Notes under the pieces: generated by a model
The model's input: only the letters and a program-made list of their open reading frames with translations
What the model was told of the DNA's origin: nothing
Databases searched by the model: none
Translations under genes and position numbers: made by a program
Source: an uncultured Clostridium sp.
GTDB taxonomy: Bacteria; Bacillota; Clostridia; TANB77; CAG-508
Reading direction: 5' to 3'
Assembly: GCA_946545035.1 (NCBI GenBank)
Contig: CAMNND010000001.1
Span: forward strand, 34,809-98,808
Length of the DNA stretch: 64,000 nt
Shown: piece after piece, positions 28,501-38,548 of the stretch
How the letters are laid out: each line of letters begins with the position of its first letter
How positions within the stretch are numbered: the first letter of the stretch is position 1

Positions 28501-30029
28501 TTGGCGATTTAAATGGCGCTAGTAATTACAGTACAACAACTCAAATGAATACTGCAATTTCTAATGCAGTAGGTGATATCTCTATTGGTGGTAGGAATCT
28601 ACTTGGCAACACCGAGAACAGGTCTGGGTCGGCTATAGTTGGTAATGCTGCCGCGACAAGTACGTTCGGAAGCATTGGCAATTACAACGATACCGTCTCA
28701 CTGTATTCGCTTGTTAACTACGACGGGTATTCCAATGCTGTGTCCTGTGCGACATCGACCAGCACTGGCAATCGAGGAGCTGGCTGGTACACAAAAGCTG
28801 GAGAAATCATAGCTGGTGAAACCTATACATTTTCCTGCCGCGTCAAGTGCTCGATTGCCACAAGCGTCCATATGCATACAGCTTGGCGTAACGGCTCTGC
28901 AACCGCTGGCTATACAGGATGGACTGCTGAAGGAACAAAAGCAATAATTGCAAATACTTGAACTGACTACTCGTGCACGTTTGTTCCAAACAGCAGCGCG
29001 AAGCTCGACTGAGAATTCTTCGTCGCTATATGCATCACTGGTTCCTCAAGTGGAGCAACGTATCAAATCGCGCATGCAAAGCTCGAAAAGGGCAATAAGG
29101 CAACTGATTGATCACCAGCGCCAGAGGATCAGACAGCTTATGTTGATTCTATTCAAGTTGGCGGTAGGAATTTACTAAAAGCGAATGACGCACTAGTCAC
29201 ACCAGCAAGCTATAATGCATATGACCTTTATGTGACAGAACCCATCGAGAGTGGTCAACCGTATGTCCTCCAATTGTGGGACGTTGACGTAAGCCATTCA
29301 GGAAAAACCGCTGCGCAGCTTGGCGTGAATGTTTATTATTGCGGCGGAAGCGTGGCACTAGGAGGATGAATTGGTACCAATTACTTTACCAGCGGCCATG
29401 CCGATCACCTAACCTTGTATTTTACAGCTTATACGTCTGGCTCCACAGTCAACAGTGGGGGCAACGTCGGCGGGTCTGCGAATGCACTGTCGCAATCGAC
29501 CGTAACGAACACCACCAAGAAGTACATACGCCTTTACAATTCAGTTCCATCGGCAGACGGCACAAAGAACATGTCTGTCGGATCATGGAAACTCGAAAAG
29601 GGAACCAAGGCAACTGATTGGACGCCAGCACCAGAAGACGTCGATGCAAACGTCGAAGACATAAACGCAAGTCTTGTAGCAACAGAGAAGTCTCTCACTG
29701 AGGATATTCAAAAAACGAATGACGATTTGGGAGGAGTAACTGACGCTATCGAACAGTTGAATACCACTGTTCAGCAGGATCGAGCTAACATGGGTAACTG
29801 GCTCACTTTCACCGAAAGTGAAGCTCTAACAATCGGCAAAGCAAATAGTAAATTTAAGATTACTATGAACGAGAAAGAACAAGCGTTCATGTATGACGAT
29901 AAAAAGCTTGCCTACACATCAGGTGACAGTTTCGTAGCACCTCGTATGGATGCCGACGAGCTACATATCGGCAACTGAATGTGGGTTAATCGAAACAATG
30001 GAAATCTTTCCCTCAAATGAATTGGTTAG
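19560..30029 (+). CDS. Giant tail fibre / receptor-binding protein (~3489 aa) read as one frame-0 ORF through ~35 TGA codons.

- N-terminal 11x 25-aa beta-solenoid repeats (NYAHITDGIIDNATIN...).
- Internal ~100-aa duplication (PYYFYC motif).
- Ala-rich 20-aa repeats and GYQTASQV repeats.
- Four carbohydrate-binding-like modules, each ending KLEKGNKATDW(T/S)PAPED, three of which are followed by IQVGGRNLL.
- Strongly mosaic GC content.
   Basis: Track ORFs 19560-20759, 22017-22205, 22821-23336, 23466-25016, 25164-25919, 26139-27344, 27705-27980, 28545-28961 and 29415-29978 are all in frame 0, and every one ends at TGA. I hand-translated the gaps without meeting TAA/TAG. True stop TAG ~30027-30029. 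RBS ttaggaggataaataat + ATG 19560. Confidence 0.6.
19891..20715 (+). repeat. 11 tandem 75-nt (25-aa) coding repeats, consensus NYAHIT(D/N)GIIDNA(T/N)I(D/N)Y(A/T)(N/K)(V/I)N(N/D)L(N/D)x (beta-helix/solenoid stalk of the fibre)
   Basis: Periodicity read directly in the translation of gene 19560-30029. Confidence 0.7.
23760..24070 (+). repeat. About 5 tandem 60-nt (20-aa) Ala-rich coding repeats (DATQKANAAQSAAEATAAA / DATEKANAAQSAAISAAAT); another copy at ~24590-24660 and GYQTASQV(D/E)SAITSK x4 at ~24780-24900
   Basis: Read directly. These are coding repeats inside the fibre gene. The antisense and +1 ORFs in the track here are GC-rich shadows. Confidence 0.65.
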
Positions 30030-30039
30030 GAGGTAATAT

Positions 30040-31710
30040 ATGGCAAGTAGTGGAGGCAACTGGCTTGCTACAGATGACTGACGAGCAATAGTTGTCGCAA
30101 ATATAACAACAACAAAAAATGATTCTGTTATAGTTACAGTTCAAGCACAAATTCAATCTCAATATGTAAATACGAGTTATGCGAGAGGTCGTACTGGTAA
30201 ATCTGGTTCATATGGTGGTTGAGTTTCAAGATCAGTTAGTGCTGGTAGTACAGTAACAATGACTTCTAGTACATACACTATTTCACGTACACATTCTAAC
30301 CAAACTATTAGTTTTAATGCACAAGGTAATATTTATTCCAGTGGTTATGGTGGAAGTGGTACTTCAACAGCTAGTGTTAACCTAAGCATTCCCGCTAGAC
30401 CTAGTTATACCGTGAAGTTTGATGCTAACGGTGGTAGTGGCAAACCAAATGATCAAACTAAATGATATGGCGAGACATTAACCCTTTCAACAACCGTTCC
30501 AACAAGATCTGGCTATAACTTTGCTGGTTGAGCAACTAGTAAGTCTGCAACTTCCGCCGCATATTCTGCAGGTGGAAAGTATACCGCTAACTCCGCGACA
30601 ACTCTTTTTGCAGTATGGACACGCGCCTATATCGCGCCAAGTATTAGTTCACTTAGCGTCTACCGTGCATCCAACAATTCTGGCGCGGCAGCAGATGATG
30701 GAACTTATTGTTACCTCAAGTGCGAGTGATCAGTAGACAAGACTCTCACCAGCAACAATCAGGGCAAGACAGTCGCCATCGAGTATAAGGCATCAACAAC
30801 TTCTGAGTGGACGTCAGCAAAATCGGTTTCGCCTGGCAATGCATTAGACCCTGCGGATACGAAGGCAGCATCATATGTCACGCAGACGACGATACTCAAG
30901 GCTTCTGGTGCGGTGGAGACATTTGATACGTCTACTACCTACAATATCCGAGTCACAGTTAGTGACACATCAGGTCAGAGCGGTAACACGGCCTCTGCTA
31001 CAGCAACGCTTTCTCAGGCTTTTTTCACTATTGATTTTCGTAGCGGGGGACATGGCTTAGGAGTTGGTCACTCCGCAGACGTGGAGGGAGTCTTCCGTAT
31101 TGGTATGGATGTACAGATCGACGGTTACGCGGACTCCTCTAATTATGACCGCGGCAATTTCGCATGCGTAGATCCACGTCTTCCGCAGAACGACGCGGCG
31201 AACAAGCTGGAGAGCACATGGGGTAATGGACTGTTTTTCTACCCACCCACGAACTTCAACGACGAGGATATCGGTAACCCGATTTTTAAGTCACAAGGAT
31301 ACATCAGAGGAATTAATCTTTCAAATGGTTGGCGTGGCGTGCAAATAGAGGCGCAAAGGTACAAAGGTGATGAAAGGTATACAATACCATTGAACCTTAC
31401 AGTTGATGAGAAAGGAAACCAGCGCGCAACGCTCGGCGGTATTGGAATATTCATGACCCACGGACACGTTGGTCAGGATACAGGCACCCCTGCAAACAGC
31501 TACAAAGACTTCACTATCCAATTCGGTCATGAATACTCAACAGCACCGCACGTAATAGCTACCATGTATTCGACTTCCACATCGCCTACGCTAGGCTCGA
31601 TACAGATTGCAGTTACCTCAGTTTCGCAGACGGGAGCGACTATTCGCATCTTCAATAATACCAGCAGCGCCAGAAGTCCTGGCTTCTACTGATTAGCAAT
31701 TGGAAATTAA
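30040..31710 (+). CDS. Tail-fibre-associated adhesin (~556 aa) containing a Flg_new / Listeria-Bacteroides repeat (VKFDANGGSGKP..GYNFAGWAT..LFAVW); 6 in-frame TGA
   Basis: RBS ggttaggaggtaatat + ATG 30040. Frame-1 track ORFs 30259-30465 and 30913-31692 are joined via TGA. Ends TAA 31708-31710. Motif match is from memory of the PF09479 pattern. Confidence 0.5.
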
Positions 31711-31720
31711 GGAGGTTTAT

Positions 31721-32331
31721 ATGGCAATTGATAGGTCAGTTAACATAAACGGCGCAATAATGTCACATCACGAAGTCGAAAGAGTAACCTACATTATCGA
31801 CACTCCTGCCGTTATAGACGTTCTCAGCTGAGAGGATTCATCCAAAAAAAATGAACCATATCGCACGATTCTCAATCGCGATATCGATAATTCGCAAATA
31901 TTTACAGAAGCAGAGGGATGGGTTGCATCACTACCAGAGTTCGCCGAGTATGTTGACCCAAATAAAGAAGCACTAAATGAGCTCTTACCCATCCTTACAG
32001 ATGAGCAAGCTGAGCAGATGATCAAGCTCTATCCCGACTGGGCCGTAGGTGTCGCGTATGCCGAGGGAGACCGTCGCAAGTACGACGACAAGCTCTACCG
32101 TTGTGTGCAGGCGCATACCTCTCAAGAAGGTTGAGAACCTGCTACAACTCCTGCATTATGAACTCGTACAGCTAAAGAAGATGAAATTCTTGACTGAGTT
32201 CAACCAACAGGTGCACAAGATGCTTACAATAAGAACGATAAAGTAAAGCATAATGGTTCAACTTGAATCTCTAATGTTGATGCTAATGTTTGAGAACCTG
32301 GCGTATACGGCTGAGATGAATTTACAGAATA
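31721..32331 (+). CDS. Protein with two tandem CBM5/12-type carbohydrate-binding modules (~203 aa): YAEGDRRKYDDKLYRCVQAHTSQEG-W-EPATTPAL-W, then AYNKNDKVKHNGSTW..NVWEPGVYGW. The conserved Trp positions are TGA codons.
   Basis: RBS aattaaggaggtttat + ATG 31721. Frame 2 with 7 TGA. Stop TAA 32329-32331. CBM5/12 consensus A-H-T-S-Q-x-G-W-E-P...P-A-L-W is from established knowledge. Confidence 0.55.
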
Positions 32332-32345
32332 AAATATTTTAAGAT

Positions 32346-32383
32346 AAGGGGTAAAGGTTTTTATAAAGCCTTTACCCTTTTAC
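32346..32383 (+). terminator. Rho-independent terminator (AAGGGGTAAAGG-loop-CCTTTACCCTTTT)
   Basis: Inverted repeat + T-run, seen directly. Confidence 0.6.
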
Positions 32384-32511
32384 ATGGCAAAAATATATAA
32401 TTTCAATCTAAGAAAAAATATATATTAATGAAGAATAAATTTCATCCTTATTCTGGCATTAAATAAAGAATTTGATTTTTGTGATCAAAGAGAGAGAAAA
32501 GGAGAAAAGGT

Positions 32512-32967
32512 ATGCCAATGTCAAACGGTTATGGAGGAATGCCACCATCGTCAAATAGTATGTGAATTGGAAATAATTATAGTTCTATGCCTAGAAATAA
32601 TTATCCAATAGGAAATCAAAATAATATGGCCGCGGCTTCTTTCATGAATCAACAACAACCTCAAACCATTAATAATGTTCTACAGGTCATGGGACCAGAA
32701 AGTGTCCAATCTTATTCAGTGGGACCTAATTCAAATGTCATTTTTATGGATTCAAAGAGGGATGTTTTTTACACCAAGAAAACTGATGATGCGGGGTATG
32801 CGGAAACCAAAGCTTTTGCGTTCCATGAAATTCCATTATTTGAGCCCGCACAACCAGTCCAAAATCAGACAGTAGACATGCCGCAGATAAATCAAAATTA
32901 TGTAACGAAATCTGATTTTGATGAATTTAAAAAAATGATAGAGGATTTGGTGATGCATAATGAGTAA
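32512..32967 (+). CDS. Hypothetical protein (~151 aa) with Q/N/G/M-rich N-terminus; 1 TGA
   Basis: RBS aaaaggagaaaagg + ATG 32512. Frame 1 = track ORF 32587-32967. TAA stop. Confidence 0.45.
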
Positions 32968-33217
32968 TTCTGTACTTTCTAATTTTGCTAACTCTAGAAA
33001 TCAACAACAATCGCCTTCTTTATTTGATATGTATAATCAAGTGCGCCATTCTCAAAATCCTGATCAAGCAATGCAAATATTATTTGCAAATAATCCACAG
33101 TATCAGAATGCGATGAATTATATTCAGCAGAATGGCGGTGATGCAAGATCAGCTTTTTATAATATGGCCGCACAAATGGGAGTAGATCCTAATTCTGTTT
33201 TATCACAACTTCGATAA
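32960..33217 (+). CDS. Hypothetical small helical protein (85 aa)
   Basis: Track ORF. ATG overlaps the upstream stop. No TGA. Confidence 0.45.
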   Translation: MSNSVLSNFANSRNQQQSPSLFDMYNQVRHSQNPDQAMQILFANNPQYQNAMNYIQQNGGDARSAFYNMAAQMGVDPNSVLSQLR

Positions 33218-33232
33218 AGGGAGGCCAAAAAT

Positions 33233-33892
33233 ATGGCAGAAAGCGTAATGAGTCCTAGTGATGTAGCAGTTATGATGAAAGACAATGATGGATGGGGCAA
33301 CGGTATGGGATTTATGTGAATTTTTGCTTTATTAATCCTCGCTAACGGTGGCTTTGGCGGCTGGGGTGGTAATGGCTTTGCCAATGCTATTGGTTATGAA
33401 AATCTTGCTACTTCTAATGAAGTACAGCGCGGTTTTGATCAGCAAAATTCAATGGCAAATGAACGTGAAATTTTAGCTACTATAAATGCTAATTCACTTC
33501 AAGGTATGCAAAATGCCAATCAAAATACTCAATATATGATGACCACTTTCAATGATAAATATAATGAACTTCAACGCGATATTGCCGGTGTTGCATTAAC
33601 TGGACAACAGATTATGGCAAATCAATCTGAATGTTGCTGCAATACTTTACGCGCTATCGATGGAGTTAACTTTAATAATGCTATGAATACCGCTGCAATT
33701 AATGCTAACACAACTGCTCAAACTCAACGCATTCTTGATTATCTAGCTACATCTGATAATCAGAAACTTCGTGATGAAAATATGATGCTACGCATGCAAG
33801 GAATGACTCAAGATTTAGTACGCTATCCTACTTCTACCGCATATAGCGCAGGCTATAACCCTTTCTGCAATTGCGGTAATACTTGCATGTAA
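33233..33892 (+). CDS. Hypothetical protein (~219 aa): Gly-zipper-like TM segment (WIFALLILANGGFGGWGGNGFANAIGY) and Cys-cluster C-terminus (CCCNT..CNCGNTCM); 1 TGA
   Basis: RBS aaagggaggccaaaaat + ATG 33233. Frame 2 = track 33452-33892. Confidence 0.45.
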
Positions 33893-33923
33893 ACTACTCT
33901 AATTAAAATTAAGGATATTTATT

Positions 33924-34334
33924 ATGATTGAACTTTCAAATACGAATGCCCAGGTTTTAGCTGCGGGTCAATCACTTAATTTTGATACAATTCTTTTACA
34001 TACAGGATGTGCAGAATGTCATCGAAATAATTCTGGTTCTATTAATTTAACACAACGTAATGCAATTTATGAAGTTTCTTTTAATTGTAATATTGGAGCC
34101 ACAACAGCAGGTGAAACTGCACAAATTGGAATAACTATTGATGGGTCTCCTTTACAAGAAACAAATGCAATTAAAGTAACTGCAGTTGAAGGTGACCTAG
34201 AGAATGTTTCTGCGGCAACTTTTGTAAAGACATGCTGCTGCACAGCTGCAAGCACAATTCTTCTTACTAACACTGGCACAACAGAAATTAATATTGGAGC
34301 TTATCCTCGTTTATCAGTAAAAAGAATTGCCTAA
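33924..34334 (+). CDS. BclA-C-terminal/C1q-TNF-like jelly-roll domain protein candidate (136 aa; trimeric fibre-tip-like), Cys-containing
   Basis: Track ORF with RBS aaggatattta. The pattern of alternating hydrophobic beta-strands (..IYEVSFNCNIG...IGITIDG...ILLTNTG..INIGAYPRLSVKRI) resembles the BclA-C/C1q fold. This is inferred from the pattern only. Confidence 0.35.
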   Translation: MIELSNTNAQVLAAGQSLNFDTILLHTGCAECHRNNSGSINLTQRNAIYEVSFNCNIGATTAGETAQIGITIDGSPLQETNAIKVTAVEGDLENVSAATFVKTCCCTAASTILLTNTGTTEINIGAYPRLSVKRIA

Positions 34335-34349
34335 AAATTAAATAAATAA

Positions 34350-34399
34350 AAGCCCTTATCTACAAGTATCATTCAAATATAGATAAGGGCTTTTTTTAT
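34350..34399 (+). terminator. Rho-independent terminator (AAAGCCCTTATCTA-16nt loop-TAGATAAGGGCTTTTTTTATT)
   Basis: 14-bp perfect inverted repeat + T7, seen directly. Confidence 0.7.
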
Positions 34400-34432
34400 T
34401 AGATATAAAAGGAGAAAGGAGAATAAGTTTTA

Positions 34433-35200
34433 ATGGCAGATGAAAATAAAACTATCTCTCAAATTAAAATAGGAAATTATTTTTATAACATTAGAGATGC
34501 TCAAGTGAGAGATGTATTAAATAATATTACTAATAATGTAGTAACAATACATAGTGGTTATTGCTCTGATTGGAATAGTAGTTGAAATTTATCTAAAAAC
34601 AATGAATTAGATAAAAATTTTACATTTGCAGTTAGTCAACGAGGAGCGTTAAGATATTATATTGATCAAGATGGTAAACTATGAGCTTGATATGTTGGAC
34701 CAAGCAATGATACTAATACATTAGAATGACAAGGGGGTTTAGTTGCTAATACCCCGACTATCGTTAAACAATGTGCAATTATAATACAATACCGTTTTAG
34801 GGTTACTATGCCTAGAACAGGATATTTTTCTTCTCAGATTTTAAGAAAACCAATAAAAAGTGCTGGTGATTTAAAAGTTAGCATTAGCTCAAATGATAAT
34901 TTTGTAAGCCAAAATCCTACAAAAAAGACATGTGTAAAAGTAGGAGATTTTTCAAGTCTTGTACACAATGATAATTATTGATTTGATAGAATTGTTCAAG
35001 AAGAAAATCAAATTAATGGTTATGATTATAAACTTGGATTAAATGATTATTATCAAAGCGGCTCCGGAAGAGCAAAATTTACCGGAATCTGCTCAACTCA
35101 GCTTTTAATTGCTCAAGGAACTACTACTGAACGATTAATCCCAGAAGATCAACTAGTTCCAGAATCTAATCCCACAGACGATAATGATCCTGATGAATAA
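34433..35200 (+). CDS. Hypothetical protein (~255 aa), 5 in-frame TGA
   Basis: RBS aaaaggagaaaggagaataag + ATG 34433. Open through TGAs to TAA 35198-35200. Confidence 0.45.
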
Positions 35201-35233
35201 TTTTTATTAACCGTCATAGAAAAGAGGTAATAT

Positions 35234-35581
35234 ATGTTTGATTTTGAACAAGTTACAGCTTTAATTTCTCCTATTATTGTAATAGCTTGTATGACTCTTG
35301 GATATATTATTAAGCATACTTTTAAAAATAAACAAGTTAATGCTTTTATTCCTTTTATTTGTGCTATTACTGGTATTGTAGCAAATATATGGACAACAGG
35401 AGTTGTAGACTTAATATCCATTACAACAGGAGCCGTTAGCGGTTTAGCTGCAACTGGTTTATATGAAGGCTTTACTAATGTTTTAAATCTTCCTAAAATA
35501 GAAGATGAAGATATTTTTGAAATTCCTTACGGAGACAATGTAGAAGAAAATATCGATAAAAAAGGAGAACATTTTTCCTAA
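35234..35581 (+). CDS. Holin (115 aa, three predicted TM helices, acidic/charged C-tail); contains no TGA (Trp as TGG)
   Basis: Track ORF with RBS gaaaagaggtaatat. TM segments IISPIIVIACMTLGYII / FIPFICAITGIVANIW / LISITTGAVSGLAATGL. Sits just upstream of the endolysin. Confidence 0.55.
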   Translation: MFDFEQVTALISPIIVIACMTLGYIIKHTFKNKQVNAFIPFICAITGIVANIWTTGVVDLISITTGAVSGLAATGLYEGFTNVLNLPKIEDEDIFEIPYGDNVEENIDKKGEHFS

Positions 35582-35597
35582 AGGAGAAATATTAAAA

Positions 35598-36945
35598 ATG
35601 TTATTAAATAATTTAGAAGCTAATTATATAGGACGATTTGCTCATCTATCTAAATATGTTGGACAAGGAGCATGTCTAATTGATGATACTCATGCAATTA
35701 GATATGCTCAAGAAAATAATAAAGATATTGGATTAGTTGATATTGTAGATTTAGAAAAAAAGATAATTACCCGCAAAGGAATAAATTTTCCTTGAGGACA
35801 TGGAAATTCTTTAACCTCTGATGGTAAAAATTTATATGTTGTCCCCATGTCTCATTATGAAGGTAGTCATTATTTTCTTCCTAATATCTATAAAATAAAT
35901 CTTAATACTCTTGAAATAATAGAAAAGTATACCTTACCTTTTAATGTTTATTCTTGTTCTTATGATAAAAAAACAAAAAATTTTTACGTATGTCAATTAG
36001 GCGCGCCGCATAAAATTTATAAATGAATCCCTGAAACAAATGAAATAACTTTATTATTTACACTTCCTCAACCTTTTGGAATTACTCGTTTGCAAGGAAT
36101 AACTGTAAACGACAATATAATTTATGTTACATATTATGATCCTAATATTATTGCCGCTTATACATTAAAAGGAGAATTGCAATCTTATATTCAACTTTCT
36201 AATAAAATTGGTTTTATGGAAGCCCAAGAGCTAGAAAGTATTGATTTTACTTCTGATAATATTTGTTATATTTTTTCTAATGGATATTATAATGGCGGTA
36301 CTTATAAATATGAAATTGTAGGTGCTTTAAATCTTGATAAAGGAAATGTGTATAATATTCAAGATGAAATTAATAGTTATGCTTATCCTATAACTAGTGT
36401 TGTATCTTCTAATAAAGATGTTTATAAAACTTTTTATGCAGATGGCACTAAAAATGCACCTTTTCCAACTATCCAAGAAGGAATTATGCATCATTTAAAT
36501 AATGAATGATCTCGTGCAGTTGTACTATTAAAAGGTACTTATAATGAAGATGTAAGAATTGGAAGAAAATATTCTGGATATTTACAAATAGAAGCAGAAG
36601 AAAACAGTAGAGTTACTTGAAAAGGTAAATTAGACGTATGATGTGGTGACATTATTTGTAGACGTATTGATTTTATAAAATCAAACGACTATTGTATTAA
36701 GCTACACGATTTTGGCATCCTACACTTAGATGGTTGTTCTTATAATTGCGGAACTCATGCGGCTGTCGAAGCACATGGCCCAGTATATCTTAGAGGTACT
36801 TATTCTAATAAGGGTAAAGGTCCAGTGTTTCATATGATGCATCCATCTCCAGTTTATGGCGGAGATAGTATGAAATTAAAAAATTCTGATTTTAAATGAG
36901 AATATTCAACTTCTCAAATTTGAATTCCAAAAACCTGTCATTAAG
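35598..36945 (+). CDS. Hypothetical protein (~449 aa) between holin and endolysin; Cys/His-rich C-terminus; 9 in-frame TGA
   Basis: RBS aaaggagaaatattaaaa + ATG 35598. Frame 0 = track ORFs 35598-35795 and 36090-36509, extended to TAA 36943-36945. Confidence 0.45.
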
Positions 36946-36955
36946 GAGGGGACAA

Positions 36956-38503
36956 ATGGAAAGAAAAGCTGTTATTGATGTTTCTCATTGAGATGGTACA
37001 GTAGATTACAATGCTTGAATTAAAAAATATAATCTATGAGGAGTTATTGTAAAAGCCGGCGGCGATGAAACTAAATTAGGTCGTTATACTGATCCTCAAT
37101 ATGAAAATAATTATAAACGTGCAAAAGCCGCAGGTCTTCATGTTGGCGCATACTATTATACCGTTGTAACTTCTGTAGAAGAAGCTAAAAAAGATGCGGA
37201 ACATCTTATCAATTTATTAAAAGGGCATAAATTTGATATGCCTATTTACATGGATGTAGAAGATCCTAGTCAATTTAAGTTATCCAAGAGTGAGCTAACT
37301 GCTGTAATTAAAACTTTTTGCGATGCTCTCATTAAAGCTGGATATTATGCGGGACTCTATATTCAAGGTTCTGCTTGATTAAATCATGTTAATAAAAATG
37401 AATTAGATGATTATGCTAATTGAATTGCTTGATGACGTGCAAATTGACCAACAGAAGCAGGAGCCATTGGAATGTGGCAACAAGGCACAAAACGTCTAAG
37501 CGATGGTAAAGTATATTACGATGATATTCGTGGTTGTACAGATTTTAATTGGTGTATTATAGATTATCCTTCTCGTATTAAAGCTAATTGAACTAAGCAA
37601 AAACAAGAAGCTGAACCTACTCAAACAACTATAAAAGAAACAAAAGAGGAAACTACAGTGACTACTACTAATAATAAATTAACAAAATTTTGTAGTTGAA
37701 TGTATACAGCATGTGCTGTATGATCTCTTGGATATGACCAATATCAACGTCAAAATATATATGATGGTGGAGAGTGTGACTGTTCAAGTCTTGTAATTTG
37801 AGCTTTAAAGAAGGCTGGATTTGATACTGGTACAGCTTCTTATACTGGAAATATGTCTGAGAATCTTACAAAGCGTGGATGAACTCGGCTTCCCGCAGAT
37901 CTCTCAACCGCACGTCCTGGTGATATTCTTCTAAATGATACTTATCATGTTGCCGCAGTTATATCTGGAAATGGATGAAATGCTAAAATTGCACAAGCAT
38001 CTATTGATGAACGTGGACGAGCAACTGGCGGACAAGCTGGAGATCAAACTGGTAACGAAACCAATATTAAAAATATCTATACATACAGTCGTGGTTGATC
38101 ATGTATTCTTCGTTATCAAGGTGGCACTACAACTGGAGCATCTATTAAATTAAATGTAGATGGCATAGCTGGACCTGCAACCATTAAAGCTTGACAAGCA
38201 GCTTTAGGGACTGTCCAAGATGGAGTTATTAGTGGCCAACTACGAGGAGATTGGCAATATTTCCCAGGAGTGCAATCTGTAACTTGAGAGCGTACCGGTT
38301 CTCAATTGGTTAAAGCTATCCAAAAAAAAGTTGGAGCTACTGTAGATGGATATTGAGGGCCTGCAACTTCAAAAGCTATTCAAGAATTCTTAATCAAAAA
38401 TGGTTTCAGTGTAGGTGCGGAAGGTGCTGATGGTTATTTTGGTACCAGCTCTGTAAAAGGATTACAAAATTCTCTCAATTCTACTAAAAATCCTTGAAAA
38501 TAA
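36956..38503 (+). CDS. Multidomain endolysin (~515 aa): N-terminal GH25 muramidase-like (DVSHWDGTVDYNAW..VIVKAGGD), central NlpC/P60- or CHAP-like Cys/His peptidase (CDCSSLVIWALKKAGFD...GDILL..HVA), and two C-terminal PG_binding_1 repeats (GPATIKAWQAALG.. / DGYWGPATSKAIQEFL); ~25 in-frame TGA
   Basis: RBS cattaaggagggg + ATG 36956. Frame 2 is open through TGAs to TAA ~38501-38503. Domain calls rest on motif recognition (established families). Confidence 0.55.
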
Positions 38504-38507
38504 ATTA

Positions 38508-38548
38508 AAGGGGTATACTCTTAATTGAGTATACCCCTTATTTTTTTT
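38508..38548. terminator. Bidirectional rho-independent terminator at the convergence point of the + and - gene blocks (AGGGGTATACTC-TTAATT-GAGTATACCCCT flanked by A-run and T8)
   Basis: 12-bp perfect inverted repeat with A/T runs on both sides, seen directly. Confidence 0.75.

Noticed and set aside
32384-32511. A sigma70-type promoter in the 130-nt leader ahead of the accessory unit (TTTACA...TATAAT-like elements near 32379-32402)
   Set aside because: The spacing between the candidate hexamers is ~11 nt, not 16-18. No convincing -35/-10 pair could be placed, so it is left unannotated.
790-38503. The many short 60-250 aa ORFs in the track within the + strand block, each ending in TGA
   Set aside because: These are not separate genes. 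They line up in a single frame per gene, are separated only by TGA, and lack their own RBS/start context. I merged them into large recoded CDSs.
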